A stretch of 56,893 nt of DNA from Planctomycetota bacterium (GTDB lineage Bacteria > Planctomycetota > UBA8108 > UBA1146), in assembly GCA_036338595.1 (NCBI GenBank), contig JAYZBV010000033.1:1-56893 (forward strand), given 5' to 3'. The notes under the pieces are model-generated. The model had not been told where the DNA came from, ran no database searches, and was given only the letters and a program-made list of their open reading frames with translations. A program made the position numbers and the translations under genes. Position 1 is the stretch's first letter; each line of letters begins with the position of its first letter. Below are positions 38,326 to 47,879 of the stretch, piece after piece.

Positions 38326-38444
38326 CTACCATTCTACCGCTTCGTGGCCAACTGGGAATGGTCGCTCTCGATCGAGCAGGAATGCCCTGAAATTCGGTGA
38401 TATCACGCCACCCGATGACGGTTTGTCGATCAGAGGAGGTAACG

Positions 38445-39395
38445 ATGGGGCAGGTGCGTGCGCTGATCGGAAGGCTTGCACCCAGCCCGACCGGAGTACT
38501 GCACCTGGGAAACGCACGCTCATTTCTGCTCGCCTGGTTATCGATCCGTAGTCGAGGCGGCAGGTTGCTGCTTCGCATCGAGGATATCGATGGACCTCGA
38601 GTTCGAAGCGGTGCCATCGAGAGCAGCATCGAGGATCTTCAGTGGCTCGGACTCGACTGGGATGGCGAGATACAACTCCAGAGCCTTCAAAGGGCTCGCC
38701 ATGATCAGGTGCTGGCAGACCTGATCGGTGCAGGTCTCGCGTATCCATGCGTCTGTACCCGAAAAGAGGTGGGAGAGGCGGCGAGCGCTCCCCATGAGAG
38801 CTCCGTCGGAGACATTCCAGTCTATCCCGGTACCTGCCGAGGTCGTTTCAGCAGCGAGCAGCAGGCGAGTGAGGAGACGGGCAGAGACAGCGCCATCCGG
38901 ATGGCCGTGAGTGAGGAAGCGGTCCCCTTCGATGATCTCTTCGTCGGACCCTGTTCGGGTGTCATCGGTGGTGACTTCGTGATTCGAAAACGCGATGGAA
39001 CCCCCTCATACCAGCTGGCGGTGGTCGTCGATGATGCAGATTCCGGGGTGACGGAGGTGCTGCGTGCCGACGACCTGTTGCCTTCCACGCCGCGTCAATT
39101 GCTGCTGTACCGGCATCTGGGAGCGGTCGCTCCCGATTTCGTGCATGTCCCTCTGGTTGTCGGGCCGGATCAGCGGCGACTTGCGAAACGCCATGGGGAC
39201 ACCAGCCTCGCTCGCTATCGACGCCAGGGAGTGGCGCCGGAGGCGATCATCGGGGCCCTCGCCAGTAGCCTCGGTTGGGTTACCGACGGCACACCCTGTC
39301 GACCGCAAGATCTTGTGGGTCGATTCGATCTCTCCACCATTCCGAGAGAGCCTATGACCTGGGACGATGATGGGTGCCTACAACTCGAGGATTGA
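38445..39395 (+). CDS. gluQ: Glutamyl-Q tRNA(Asp) synthetase
   Basis: GRLAPSPTGVLHLGNAR, LRIEDID, AYPCVCTRKE, YQLAVVVDD, RLAKRHG; short, without anticodon domain; GAGGAGG RBS. Confidence 0.92.
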   Translation: MGQVRALIGRLAPSPTGVLHLGNARSFLLAWLSIRSRGGRLLLRIEDIDGPRVRSGAIESSIEDLQWLGLDWDGEIQLQSLQRARHDQVLADLIGAGLAYPCVCTRKEVGEAASAPHESSVGDIPVYPGTCRGRFSSEQQASEETGRDSAIRMAVSEEAVPFDDLFVGPCSGVIGGDFVIRKRDGTPSYQLAVVVDDADSGVTEVLRADDLLPSTPRQLLLYRHLGAVAPDFVHVPLVVGPDQRRLAKRHGDTSLARYRRQGVAPEAIIGALASSLGWVTDGTPCRPQDLVGRFDLSTIPREPMTWDDDGCLQLED

Positions 39396-39422
39396 AGTTT
39401 TTGTGCAGATCCGGCATAGTTC

Positions 39423-41729
39423 GTGTGTCCCGGTCTGCCGCTCCGGGATCCGGGTCCGGAGTCATCATTGATCAGTGTCGTGAGCTGTAGTCAGCGGTCG
39501 GCTACCCTTGCCGCCTCGGGGTTGGATCCCCGGTGCCCGCCAGCGGCATCCTTCGGTTCCTCATCTTCTCCCCTCTGGATACTCGTTTATCTGCTCGGTT
39601 GCTGTTGTGGCTTCATCTCTGAAACAGCCCTGGCCAGCGATCTTGAGCTCACTCTTCCCGATGGAAAGTGGTCGATCACCCGACCACTGCAGCAAACCGA
39701 TGTGCTGGCGATCTCCTTGCCTGCCTCGCAAGGCTGGAGACGAATGGAGTTGGCGCTCGTCAGTGGCTCGGTGAAGATTCCATTGACGGCTGTCGAAGTG
39801 GACGCAGGGGAAGCCCGAATACTGCTCTCGGATGCGGAACTGTTCGGCCCCGATCCCACTCGATTGCTGGAAGGGGACCTGCTGGTCTCGGTGATGGAAC
39901 AGGGGCAGGAGACGCTTCGCTCGAGCATCGCCTCGGTGATCGATCTGGCTCCATGGTATCCAGCGGGGGGCACTCCAGAAGATGTCCTCGAGCGTGCTGC
40001 GATAAAGTTGCGAGAGGGCCTGACCACGGATGCTGCAACTGAACTCGAGTTGCTTCGTGGTCAGAAGATGGAGCCAGCATTGTCATCGGAATGGATGCGA
40101 TTGACGGCCTCGGTTCAGCACGCGTATTCCAATGTCAGTTCAATTCACGCACGCACAGCAGAACAGTTTCTGGAAGAGGCGGCCAGTCGCGCACCCGATC
40201 AGTCCTCTGCGCGGGAACGTGTACTCATCGATCAAGCAACTCAGAGTATTCGCAATGCCAGCTACTCTGCAGATCGCGAGGAGTGGCGAACAGAACTGAC
40301 CACCGCACTGGCCCGTGCAAGATCTGCCCTCGCTCAGGCGAAGGCCAGAGGAGATCGAAGCAATGCTGCAGCGGCACTGGTCGAGATTGCATCGGCAGCG
40401 TCGTACCGGGGCTGGGTTCAGGAGACCCGAACGGCAACAGCGGCTGCGCTCGATCTGGTAGGAGACCCTGATACGTCCTGGAAGTGTGCCGTGGCCCGGG
40501 CTCGGGTCCTGATGATCTCGGGAAAATTGGATCTGGCGAGGATCGAGGCCAGCGAGGCGCTGGCCACCGTGGAACGAATACGCCAACATCGTGAAGATGA
40601 CGCGGCAGCGTTGTCGCCCAGACGAGATCCTGCATTGTTGCTGGCAGATATCGAGTCTCGGCGAGGAGATGCGCTCGCATCGTTGCTGGCTGCGGAGCAC
40701 ATCCGCGTGCGGGGCTCGGGGGAAACTGCTCCCGAGAGGGCCGACCTCGAGGAGGTGGCTCGAAAGGCCCAGGGACTGGCGATGGTGATCGTCACTCTCG
40801 ATGCCGGGGACGTGCTGCTGGTCTGGACCTCTCGTAACGGTGCATGGGAACTGCGTCGAGTGGATCAGAACCCGGGTGAGGCGACGAGGCGAGGCCTCGA
40901 CCTTCATCGCTCTCGCGGCAGTGATCCAACGGCCGTGAAATGGCTTTCCCGGAAGATCTTTGGCACTGAATTCCCTTCCTGTGATCGGCTTCTGCTGGCT
41001 CCCATCGGAGGCATGAGACGAATCCCATGGGGGATTCTGAACATCGATGGATCGACACTCGTCGATCGCTGCAGCTGGAGTCTTTTACCGAGTGTGAGTG
41101 CGGCCAGGCGCGCGCTGGGTCCGCTTCCGCGTGAAGGGTGGTGGACGCTGGTGGATCCGGTGGTTCCACAGCAGCCTGCGTTGAAAGGATCCAGGGTGGA
41201 GGGCCAGCGTGTCGTGGATCGCCTTCCGCAGGCGGTGCTCAAGGTAGGAGCGGAGGTGACCCCAACTGCGGTCATCGATGCCACGCACGAAGCAAAGGTA
41301 CTTCACATCGCATGCCATGGTGAGTTTCACCCCTACCAGCCGACTTCATCTCAATTGTTGCTGACTCCGGAGGATGGTTCTGACGGCACCTTCACCGCGG
41401 CAGAACTGGCGCGGCAAGATCTTTCGAACTGCCGGATGCTGGCACTGACCGGCTGCGAGACCGCCATCGGCTCGGCTGCCGGCGCCGATGATCTGGCGGG
41501 ATTCCCGCGCGCCGCATTCGAGGCGGGGTGTCCGGCGATCCTGGGCACACTCTGGCCCGTAGAAGATTCCTCAGCAGGCAGACTGGTGGCATCGCTGGTA
41601 GAGGCCACAGATGGCCTCAAAGGGCCTGCAGAAGTACTCAGGGAAGCATGTAGCGATCGCAGAGCGGATCCCAGGGATCGGGATCCATCTGCCTGGAGTG
41701 GTTGGGTTCTGGTTGAGAATGGCTGGTGA
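39423..41729 (+). CDS. TPR-like plus CHAT (caspase-family) domain protein, possibly exported
   Basis: LLLAPIGGMRRIPWG, VLHIACHG, LTGCET, GTLWPVED, PSAWSGWVL. Start codon is uncertain. Confidence 0.8.
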   Translation: MCPGLPLRDPGPESSLISVVSCSQRSATLAASGLDPRCPPAASFGSSSSPLWILVYLLGCCCGFISETALASDLELTLPDGKWSITRPLQQTDVLAISLPASQGWRRMELALVSGSVKIPLTAVEVDAGEARILLSDAELFGPDPTRLLEGDLLVSVMEQGQETLRSSIASVIDLAPWYPAGGTPEDVLERAAIKLREGLTTDAATELELLRGQKMEPALSSEWMRLTASVQHAYSNVSSIHARTAEQFLEEAASRAPDQSSARERVLIDQATQSIRNASYSADREEWRTELTTALARARSALAQAKARGDRSNAAAALVEIASAASYRGWVQETRTATAAALDLVGDPDTSWKCAVARARVLMISGKLDLARIEASEALATVERIRQHREDDAAALSPRRDPALLLADIESRRGDALASLLAAEHIRVRGSGETAPERADLEEVARKAQGLAMVIVTLDAGDVLLVWTSRNGAWELRRVDQNPGEATRRGLDLHRSRGSDPTAVKWLSRKIFGTEFPSCDRLLLAPIGGMRRIPWGILNIDGSTLVDRCSWSLLPSVSAARRALGPLPREGWWTLVDPVVPQQPALKGSRVEGQRVVDRLPQAVLKVGAEVTPTAVIDATHEAKVLHIACHGEFHPYQPTSSQLLLTPEDGSDGTFTAAELARQDLSNCRMLALTGCETAIGSAAGADDLAGFPRAAFEAGCPAILGTLWPVEDSSAGRLVASLVEATDGLKGPAEVLREACSDRRADPRDRDPSAWSGWVLVENGW

Positions 41730-41927
41730 AGTGCCGATAATCCTGGATTGTGCGTCCGCTCCTCCTTCGCACACCGATGCCTCGGTATCGGGCAGGCGGG
41801 AGCCAGATGAAAGTTACGGATCGAGGGAGAAATTCCGTGCCGGGTTCCTGATTTGGGAACCGGGCACCGGCTTTGAACGCTTACTCCCGGGAGTTTTCCC
41901 GGGACGAGGATTGCCCGGGAGCGGCAA

Positions 41928-44414
41928 ATGAGAGGTATTGCTATCGATCACCGAGCCAGGAACCTCTGGTTTCAGATTCTATTCTTGATCGTGCTGGTGC
42001 TCAGCCCGGGGCCGGGAATCGTCCTCGATGATCGAGGCGCAGGTCGATTGTTCGGCCAGGTGCCGAATCTGACCTTCGTCGAGTTGTTTCATGTCGATGC
42101 GGAGGAGGTGATCCAGTTCCTGCGCGGGATCCCCGAACTCGAGGCAATCGTCGAGAACGGGACGATCCAGCTGATCGCCAACAGACCCCAGTCACTGCTC
42201 GTGAGCGCCGATCCGCCGACCACCGAAGCACTGGTGAGGACCATCCGGGAGTTCGAGAACCTCGAGGTTCGCGATCGCCTGGTGCAGAAGGCGATCTCCA
42301 TCCGGTATGCCAGTATCCAGGTGGTACTGGAGTCGCTCGCTGCCGCCAAGGTGTGTCAGGTTTTTCACCGCACCGAGGAGGTCACCAACGACTCGACCAA
42401 GCAGGGGAATCGAACCATCACACATACCTACAAGAAGGCACTGTACTCCCGATATGAAGCGGCCAGTGACACCCTCTTGCCATCGTGGAATCTACCGGAA
42501 TATCCCTACATCCTTGAGATCCCTCATGTCGATCCGGTCGAGTTGCCACCTGTGAATCTGGGCAGTGGCATCGATGCTGCCGCATTGTCACTGACCTTCA
42601 AAGATTCGCCATCGACGGAAGCACGAAACCGACTGCTGGTGGTGGGAACAGAGCAGGATATCGAGAAGATCCAGCTCTTCATCGATCAGATCGATGTTCC
42701 TGCGCGCCAGATCATGATCGAGGTCCAGATCATCGAACTGGAAGCCGATGCCCTGTCAGATCTCGGCATCGATATGCTTGCCTACGAGAAGCGCCATGCC
42801 GTGATCGATTTTGCGTCCCCGATGCCCGGGGAAGAGATCCCACAGCCCGGCAGCAACTTCAATCCCATCGAGCAGGCGGGCCTTTCCTTCCTCTTCGATG
42901 ACACCACCGAGAGGCTTTCTGCCCAGTTCCTGGCAGGAGTACACGCTCTGGTCCGCAAGGGCGACGCCATCATCAAGGCGAGGCCAAAACTGTATGCGCT
43001 GGACGATCGCCAGAGCCAGTTGCACCTGGGAGAGAAGATACCCACCTTCATCTCTACCGAGGTGACCCAGACCGACGTGGGCAACACCTACCTCGCAAAC
43101 ATCAACAAGGTGGGAACCGAGCACATCGGTACCACTCTGGTCGTCAAGCCGCGCATCAGCGGTCCTGACGAGAACGAGGTGTCGATGCTCATCGACATCA
43201 CCGTCAACAACCTTCAGGGCCGGCAGCGTGTTTTTGCCGAAGATCTGCTCGGAATTCCCGAGGTGGCTACACGTAATTTCCGTGGCCAGGCACGAGTGAA
43301 AAACCACCGTCCGCTGATCCTCGGGGGGCTGATCAAGGAGAGCGAGTTCGAAACCAGAAACAAGATTCCTGGGCTGGGGAGTATTCCATTCATTGGAGAA
43401 CTGTTTGGCCGCAAGAACTCGCAGCAGATTCGATCAGAGATCATCATCGTGCTCACTCCACACATCCTGAGTGAAGACGGTATCGATCCGATCTCCACAC
43501 CCAAGGAGAGCCGACACTTCGATACCTACAACAGTGTGCTCTTCAATGACCGGTACATCCTCAAGGGCAGGGATCTGGTCGGACTCGATCCGATCAGCAG
43601 ATCCCCGGTGGAGGGCTTCACCCGGATTGAGGTGGTGGATCTGACGCTGTTGAACATCGTCAAGAAGCGCGAACTGGTCAGTCGATTGAAGATTTTTGAC
43701 GACTACCTGCCTGAAGCTGCCGCAAAATTGAGTTTCTTCAAGAAGAAGCATCCGGAGAAGTCGATCCAGACCTGGAGCGTGGAGGAACGTCAACTCTTCT
43801 TCCAGGCTGCTGCGATCCTGGTCGAGAACATCAAGAGCCTCAATCCAGGCCTGACATACGATGATGTGGTCTCTCCTCGCAGGGAAATCGTCGTGCCGAC
43901 GAGCCCGTACCATGTCAGCCTTTCCTTCGACAAGTTGAAGACCTTTTATGAAAAGGGAGACATCGTCGTGTTCCGCGGCGAGACCCATCTGTCAGAGCAG
44001 ACGATCGAGGCGATGCGTGAGCTTTTGAAGCGCTCGCTGGCAGAGTTTGCAACATTCCTGGAATTGCAGGGGCGCACCGAGGAGCAACATCATGATTTCC
44101 GCAGATTGCTGGAACAACAGCGGCTGGCGCTGTTCCCGGATGCTGGTGATGCTTCGCAACTGGATTACTACGAACTGATCCACGATCTCGACGGCAGGGG
44201 AATCAATTTCATCTCCATTGCGACCTATCTGACGCTCCGACTCCAGGCTGCAGTTTCAGATGGTGAGATCGCGCTGGGCGTACTCGAAGATGACCTCGAG
44301 GCCTTCAAGAATCGGACGGTGACTCTCGACGAACTGGGAGATCGCTTGCAGACACTCGATGAGCGGTGGGAATTTCTGAATAGTTCTCCATTACGACCCG
44401 TGAGAGGCCTGTGA
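41928..44414 (+). CDS. Secretin (GspD/PilQ-like) with a ~310-aa C-terminal extension
   Basis: NRLLVVG...IDVPARQIMIEVQIIE, ARPKL, GEKIP, GTTLVVKPRI, LILGGLI, KIPGLGSIPFIGELF, EIIIVLTPHIL. Confidence 0.85.
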   Translation: MRGIAIDHRARNLWFQILFLIVLVLSPGPGIVLDDRGAGRLFGQVPNLTFVELFHVDAEEVIQFLRGIPELEAIVENGTIQLIANRPQSLLVSADPPTTEALVRTIREFENLEVRDRLVQKAISIRYASIQVVLESLAAAKVCQVFHRTEEVTNDSTKQGNRTITHTYKKALYSRYEAASDTLLPSWNLPEYPYILEIPHVDPVELPPVNLGSGIDAAALSLTFKDSPSTEARNRLLVVGTEQDIEKIQLFIDQIDVPARQIMIEVQIIELEADALSDLGIDMLAYEKRHAVIDFASPMPGEEIPQPGSNFNPIEQAGLSFLFDDTTERLSAQFLAGVHALVRKGDAIIKARPKLYALDDRQSQLHLGEKIPTFISTEVTQTDVGNTYLANINKVGTEHIGTTLVVKPRISGPDENEVSMLIDITVNNLQGRQRVFAEDLLGIPEVATRNFRGQARVKNHRPLILGGLIKESEFETRNKIPGLGSIPFIGELFGRKNSQQIRSEIIIVLTPHILSEDGIDPISTPKESRHFDTYNSVLFNDRYILKGRDLVGLDPISRSPVEGFTRIEVVDLTLLNIVKKRELVSRLKIFDDYLPEAAAKLSFFKKKHPEKSIQTWSVEERQLFFQAAAILVENIKSLNPGLTYDDVVSPRREIVVPTSPYHVSLSFDKLKTFYEKGDIVVFRGETHLSEQTIEAMRELLKRSLAEFATFLELQGRTEEQHHDFRRLLEQQRLALFPDAGDASQLDYYELIHDLDGRGINFISIATYLTLRLQAAVSDGEIALGVLEDDLEAFKNRTVTLDELGDRLQTLDERWEFLNSSPLRPVRGL

Positions 44415-45223
44415 TGAAATCGATGACAACCAGGTGTATTCCCATCGCCGGCGGCCTGCTGAGTTCCTTGCTGATCGTGGTACTGGTGGCGATGGTAGGG
44501 TGTCAGACTCCCGACCAGCGCACTGAAGAAGCGGATGTGCTACAGGATATTCGAAACACGACCGTGATCCCCAATCTCGGATCGTACGATGAATCGGTCA
44601 GAAAGAAGTCGGTTGAGCGCATCTTGATGAGTCTGGAGAAGGCTCCCGAGATCACCAAGAACCTGCTGGTCGCAGCACTCGATGACTCACTGGTGAGTGC
44701 CAGGACCAAGCGTGTGATCTGCACCATCCTCGCCGAGGAGGGGGATCTCAGGGCGCTTTCACCGCTGACTGGAATGCTCGCTGAAGGTTCCGTGGCGCAA
44801 GACGATCTGCTCGAGACCGCCTTGCTCAACTTCGGAGACAGGGCTGTGCCGCGGATCGCGACGGTGCTTGCAGAGGGCGGGGAGATCGCCCGGAGAAATG
44901 CAGCGGGGATCTTACTCGGGATCGGTGGGCCATTCGCATATGATGCGTTACGGGCGCGTTTGACCCTGGAACGAGATTCCGAGGTCAGGTTCTTGTGCGT
45001 CTGTGGTCTCGTCCAGGATGCCCGGTCATCATCTCTACCGTTCCTCGGAGTGGTCCTGGATGATGCCGATGAAGAGGTGAGAAAAGCTGCATGGGGTGGA
45101 TTGTCGCGTCGAACTCGTCCTCCCGGTCATCTGCTGTTCGATGCATCCGCAGAGCCTTCCGTGAGAGTGCGTCAGGCAGCCCAGGTACGAGCGTGGCTCG
45201 AGGGCGGCGCGGTTCCTCTCTGA
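44411..45223 (+). CDS. HEAT-repeat lipoprotein
   Basis: Lipobox AMVGC; repeats such as LDDADEEVRKAA and ERDSEVRF; GTGA overlap with the secretin gene. Confidence 0.75.
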   Translation: MMKSMTTRCIPIAGGLLSSLLIVVLVAMVGCQTPDQRTEEADVLQDIRNTTVIPNLGSYDESVRKKSVERILMSLEKAPEITKNLLVAALDDSLVSARTKRVICTILAEEGDLRALSPLTGMLAEGSVAQDDLLETALLNFGDRAVPRIATVLAEGGEIARRNAAGILLGIGGPFAYDALRARLTLERDSEVRFLCVCGLVQDARSSSLPFLGVVLDDADEEVRKAAWGGLSRRTRPPGHLLFDASAEPSVRVRQAAQVRAWLEGGAVPL

Positions 45224-45255
45224 TCCTCTCCTGATCGTCGCTGCTCGAAGCCACG

Positions 45256-45292
45256 AAAGAAAACGGGCCTGCAGGGTAACCCTGCAGGCCCG
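45256..45292 (-). terminator. Intrinsic terminator
   Basis: CGGGCCTGCAGGG-TAA-CCCTGCAGGCCCG, with TTTTCTTT on the minus strand. Confidence 0.8.
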
Positions 45293-45333
45293 CGTTCCAT
45301 CTCATCTCGATCCGCAGCCATCTGCCGCCTGGA

Positions 45334-46362
45334 TCATGCTTCCTGGCTCTGCTCCTCGATGAACTCCTGCCAGAAGTCTTCCGGCATATCGAGCGCAATC
45401 TTGAGCGCACCATTGGAACCGGCGTACTGAGGCTCCTCGACCGTTCTCACCTTGCCTCCGCCGTACTCGACGAGGGCCTCCTCGAAGGCTCGAGAGAGTC
45501 CCGTGATCTGGCTACCTCCGCCGCCGAGCAGGATATGATTGCGCATCTTCTGCTGAAACTCCGGGTCAAAGGTGGCGATCAGATCCTGCAACGCTTCGAC
45601 GGTGGGAGTGACGATGGCGGCGCAAGCTTCGCTCACCTCTGCGGTGATGTCGAACTCGGTGGGCTTGCCCTGCACGGGAAATGTGACCTCGACCGGATCC
45701 ATGTGTGATCCAACACAGGCGTGGAACTCCTTGATCTCTCGCACCATGTTGGTGGAGAAATCTGCCTCCGGATGGTTCTTGGTCAGCAACTCGACGAGTT
45801 TGTTGTCGATGGCATCTCCGGCGAAGTGGTGTGTTCTTTGATCCTCGGGCTTGGGCATCGTGCCGTGAACACGACATAGATCGACCGTGCCTGCACCGAT
45901 ATCCACGACCAGCGTGTCGGCGAGGAAGTCGAGTCCATAGGCAACGGCAAATGGCTCTGAACAGACGACGATGCTGTCCATGAACTCCGAGGCGGCACCG
46001 AGAATGTGAGCCTTGGAGTCGACACTGGCCTCTGCTGGTGCGCCGATCACGCCGTAGATGGTGCTTCCAGTGGGGATCTCTGCCTGTTCGATGACATACT
46101 CGAGCAGGTCATGCACAGCTTGTTTAGATTTCTCATCGTCGCAGATGACTCCCTTGTCGAGCGGACGCACCAGATCCACTGCCATGCGATTTTGCACCGC
46201 TTCTTCCCCGAAAACCTTTTCTCGTCCGCCGAGAAGTTTACGGCTGACATGGTCCTGGGCGTAACCGACATAGGACCAGACGGTGGTCCGGACACCTGTC
46301 GAGGTGGTGATGGAGGTACGACTGGTGCCGAGATCCATCCCGATGAAAACGACTTCGCTCAT
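45334..46362 (-). CDS. MamK-like bacterial actin (MreB/MamK family)
   Basis: IGMDLGTSRT, SYVGYAQD...KLLG, RPLDKGVI, VIGAPAEAS, SEPFAVAYGLD, VDIGAGTVDLC...HGTMPKPEDQ, GGGGSQITGL, GALKIALDMPEDFW. Confidence 0.85.
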   Translation of the reverse strand: MSEVVFIGMDLGTSRTSITTSTGVRTTVWSYVGYAQDHVSRKLLGGREKVFGEEAVQNRMAVDLVRPLDKGVICDDEKSKQAVHDLLEYVIEQAEIPTGSTIYGVIGAPAEASVDSKAHILGAASEFMDSIVVCSEPFAVAYGLDFLADTLVVDIGAGTVDLCRVHGTMPKPEDQRTHHFAGDAIDNKLVELLTKNHPEADFSTNMVREIKEFHACVGSHMDPVEVTFPVQGKPTEFDITAEVSEACAAIVTPTVEALQDLIATFDPEFQQKMRNHILLGGGGSQITGLSRAFEEALVEYGGGKVRTVEEPQYAGSNGALKIALDMPEDFWQEFIEEQSQEA

Positions 46363-46394
46363 TCTGCTTCCTCTCCCTCAAGTGAACCTGCCGT

Positions 46395-47645
46395 TCAGGC
46401 GAGGTCCCTTTCGGTGATCTGTGAGTTCTTCTTTCTGGAGGAGATCTCTCTCCTGAGTGCCTGGTTATCTTGCATCAGTTCCAGCAGTAGCGCACGGCGG
46501 CGGCCGTGGTGAGGATCGTCTCCGTCACTGGCCTCGATGATCTTGCCGTCCGACGCGCGGGAAAATCCAGCGGAATCGCGCGATTCTGCTCTCCGGACGC
46601 TTTCCCGGGCATGATCTCGCTCTTGCCGGGCTTCGTCCAGGCTTCTGGCGAGGCGGCCAACCTTCCGTTCGAGCAACTGGATATTTTCAGTCCGGGCCTG
46701 TTCTTCCTGGATCCGGATGCGTTCTCGCTCCGAATCAAGAGAACGCTCCATCGCCTCTCTCAGTTCCGCCTCCAGTGCGGGCGCGACCTTCCCCGAGTCA
46801 ACAGCCGCATCGATCATCGACCCGAGAGAAGCCTCCAGGTCGATCATCGCAGTTTCCGAGAGGGTGAACTGCTCTCGCTCCACCTCACGATTTTTTTCTC
46901 GACCCAGTAACTCCTGGGCGCGGTCCAGTCTTCCAGAGAGGCCTTGCACGAGCGATTGAAGATCCGCCTTCTCGTTCTCGAACTCGCTCAGTTTTTCGCG
47001 AAAGCGCTGTTCAGACTGCTCGATGAGCAACTGGGTTTCCTTCTCGTCGAGGGAGCGATCGCTCTCGCGCAGCGCATCCTCGACGGCGTCCTGGATCAGA
47101 TCCTTGATCGCAGAAAGATTGAGGACCCGGACGCTGTCTCGCTGAGCAGCGATGGCCGAGGTGCGGACCAGCCTCGACCGCGACCGAAGTGCAGATTCGA
47201 GATCGGGATGACTATCGAGAGAAGTGCTGCCGGAGAAGAGTCGTTCCAGCGCATCCAGTTCTCGAGGATGTGCTGGCTTCCACCGCATCAGAATGCCGGC
47301 GGATGTTCGCTGGAACACCTCGGCGTGGATCAACTCGGCGTGTCCATCGGGTCGCTCGACGATCAACTCGAAGCGGTCACCCTCGCGTAGTCGAATCGAT
47401 GGCTCCAGCAACACCTCTCGCTCATCGATGCGAGCGACGGGCAATCTCAGGATTCCCGCTTCCAGTTCTGCCACGACGCTCCAGCGTCCGGGACCGTTGG
47501 ACAGGCTCTGGGGGTTTGGGTCCGGCAATTCGGTTTCCGATCTGGTCCGGCGGGATCTGGGCAACTGGATCATCGAGCCACGATAGGGTCCTGCCACAAC
47601 GCGAAGGCAGCGAAGAAGCACGGCAAAAAAGAATCGTGGCAGCAA
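46395..47645 (-). CDS. Hypothetical protein: PilZ-like beta domain plus long coiled coil
   Basis: LREGDRFELIV...IHAEVFQRTSAGILMRW...ELDALERL, followed by E/R/L heptad-rich helices. True start is probably later than 47645. Confidence 0.6.
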   Translation of the reverse strand: MLPRFFFAVLLRCLRVVAGPYRGSMIQLPRSRRTRSETELPDPNPQSLSNGPGRWSVVAELEAGILRLPVARIDEREVLLEPSIRLREGDRFELIVERPDGHAELIHAEVFQRTSAGILMRWKPAHPRELDALERLFSGSTSLDSHPDLESALRSRSRLVRTSAIAAQRDSVRVLNLSAIKDLIQDAVEDALRESDRSLDEKETQLLIEQSEQRFREKLSEFENEKADLQSLVQGLSGRLDRAQELLGREKNREVEREQFTLSETAMIDLEASLGSMIDAAVDSGKVAPALEAELREAMERSLDSERERIRIQEEQARTENIQLLERKVGRLARSLDEARQERDHARESVRRAESRDSAGFSRASDGKIIEASDGDDPHHGRRRALLLELMQDNQALRREISSRKKNSQITERDLA

Positions 47646-47879
47646 AGAAGGCTATCGGGATCTACCGATTTCCGCAAGGAGACGCGTGATCGTGCCCGAT
47701 TCCGGCACCCGCAGCCGGGCGCTGGTTCCGGGATTTGTTGCCGGAACCTGGATCGAGCCCAGATCGTTACTTCAGGTGCCAGGAACTCCCGGTGCCCGAC
47801 CTGGATCGATGGTCCTCGGTTCAGCGTTTCATCGAGACCGATGGATCGGGTCCGTTGGACTTGGGGACCCCGACATGGG

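Noticed and set aside
45334..46362. Magnetosome island
   Set aside because: Only the MamK-like actin is present. No other mam or mms genes are in the window, and the multiheme proteins are not magnetochrome type.
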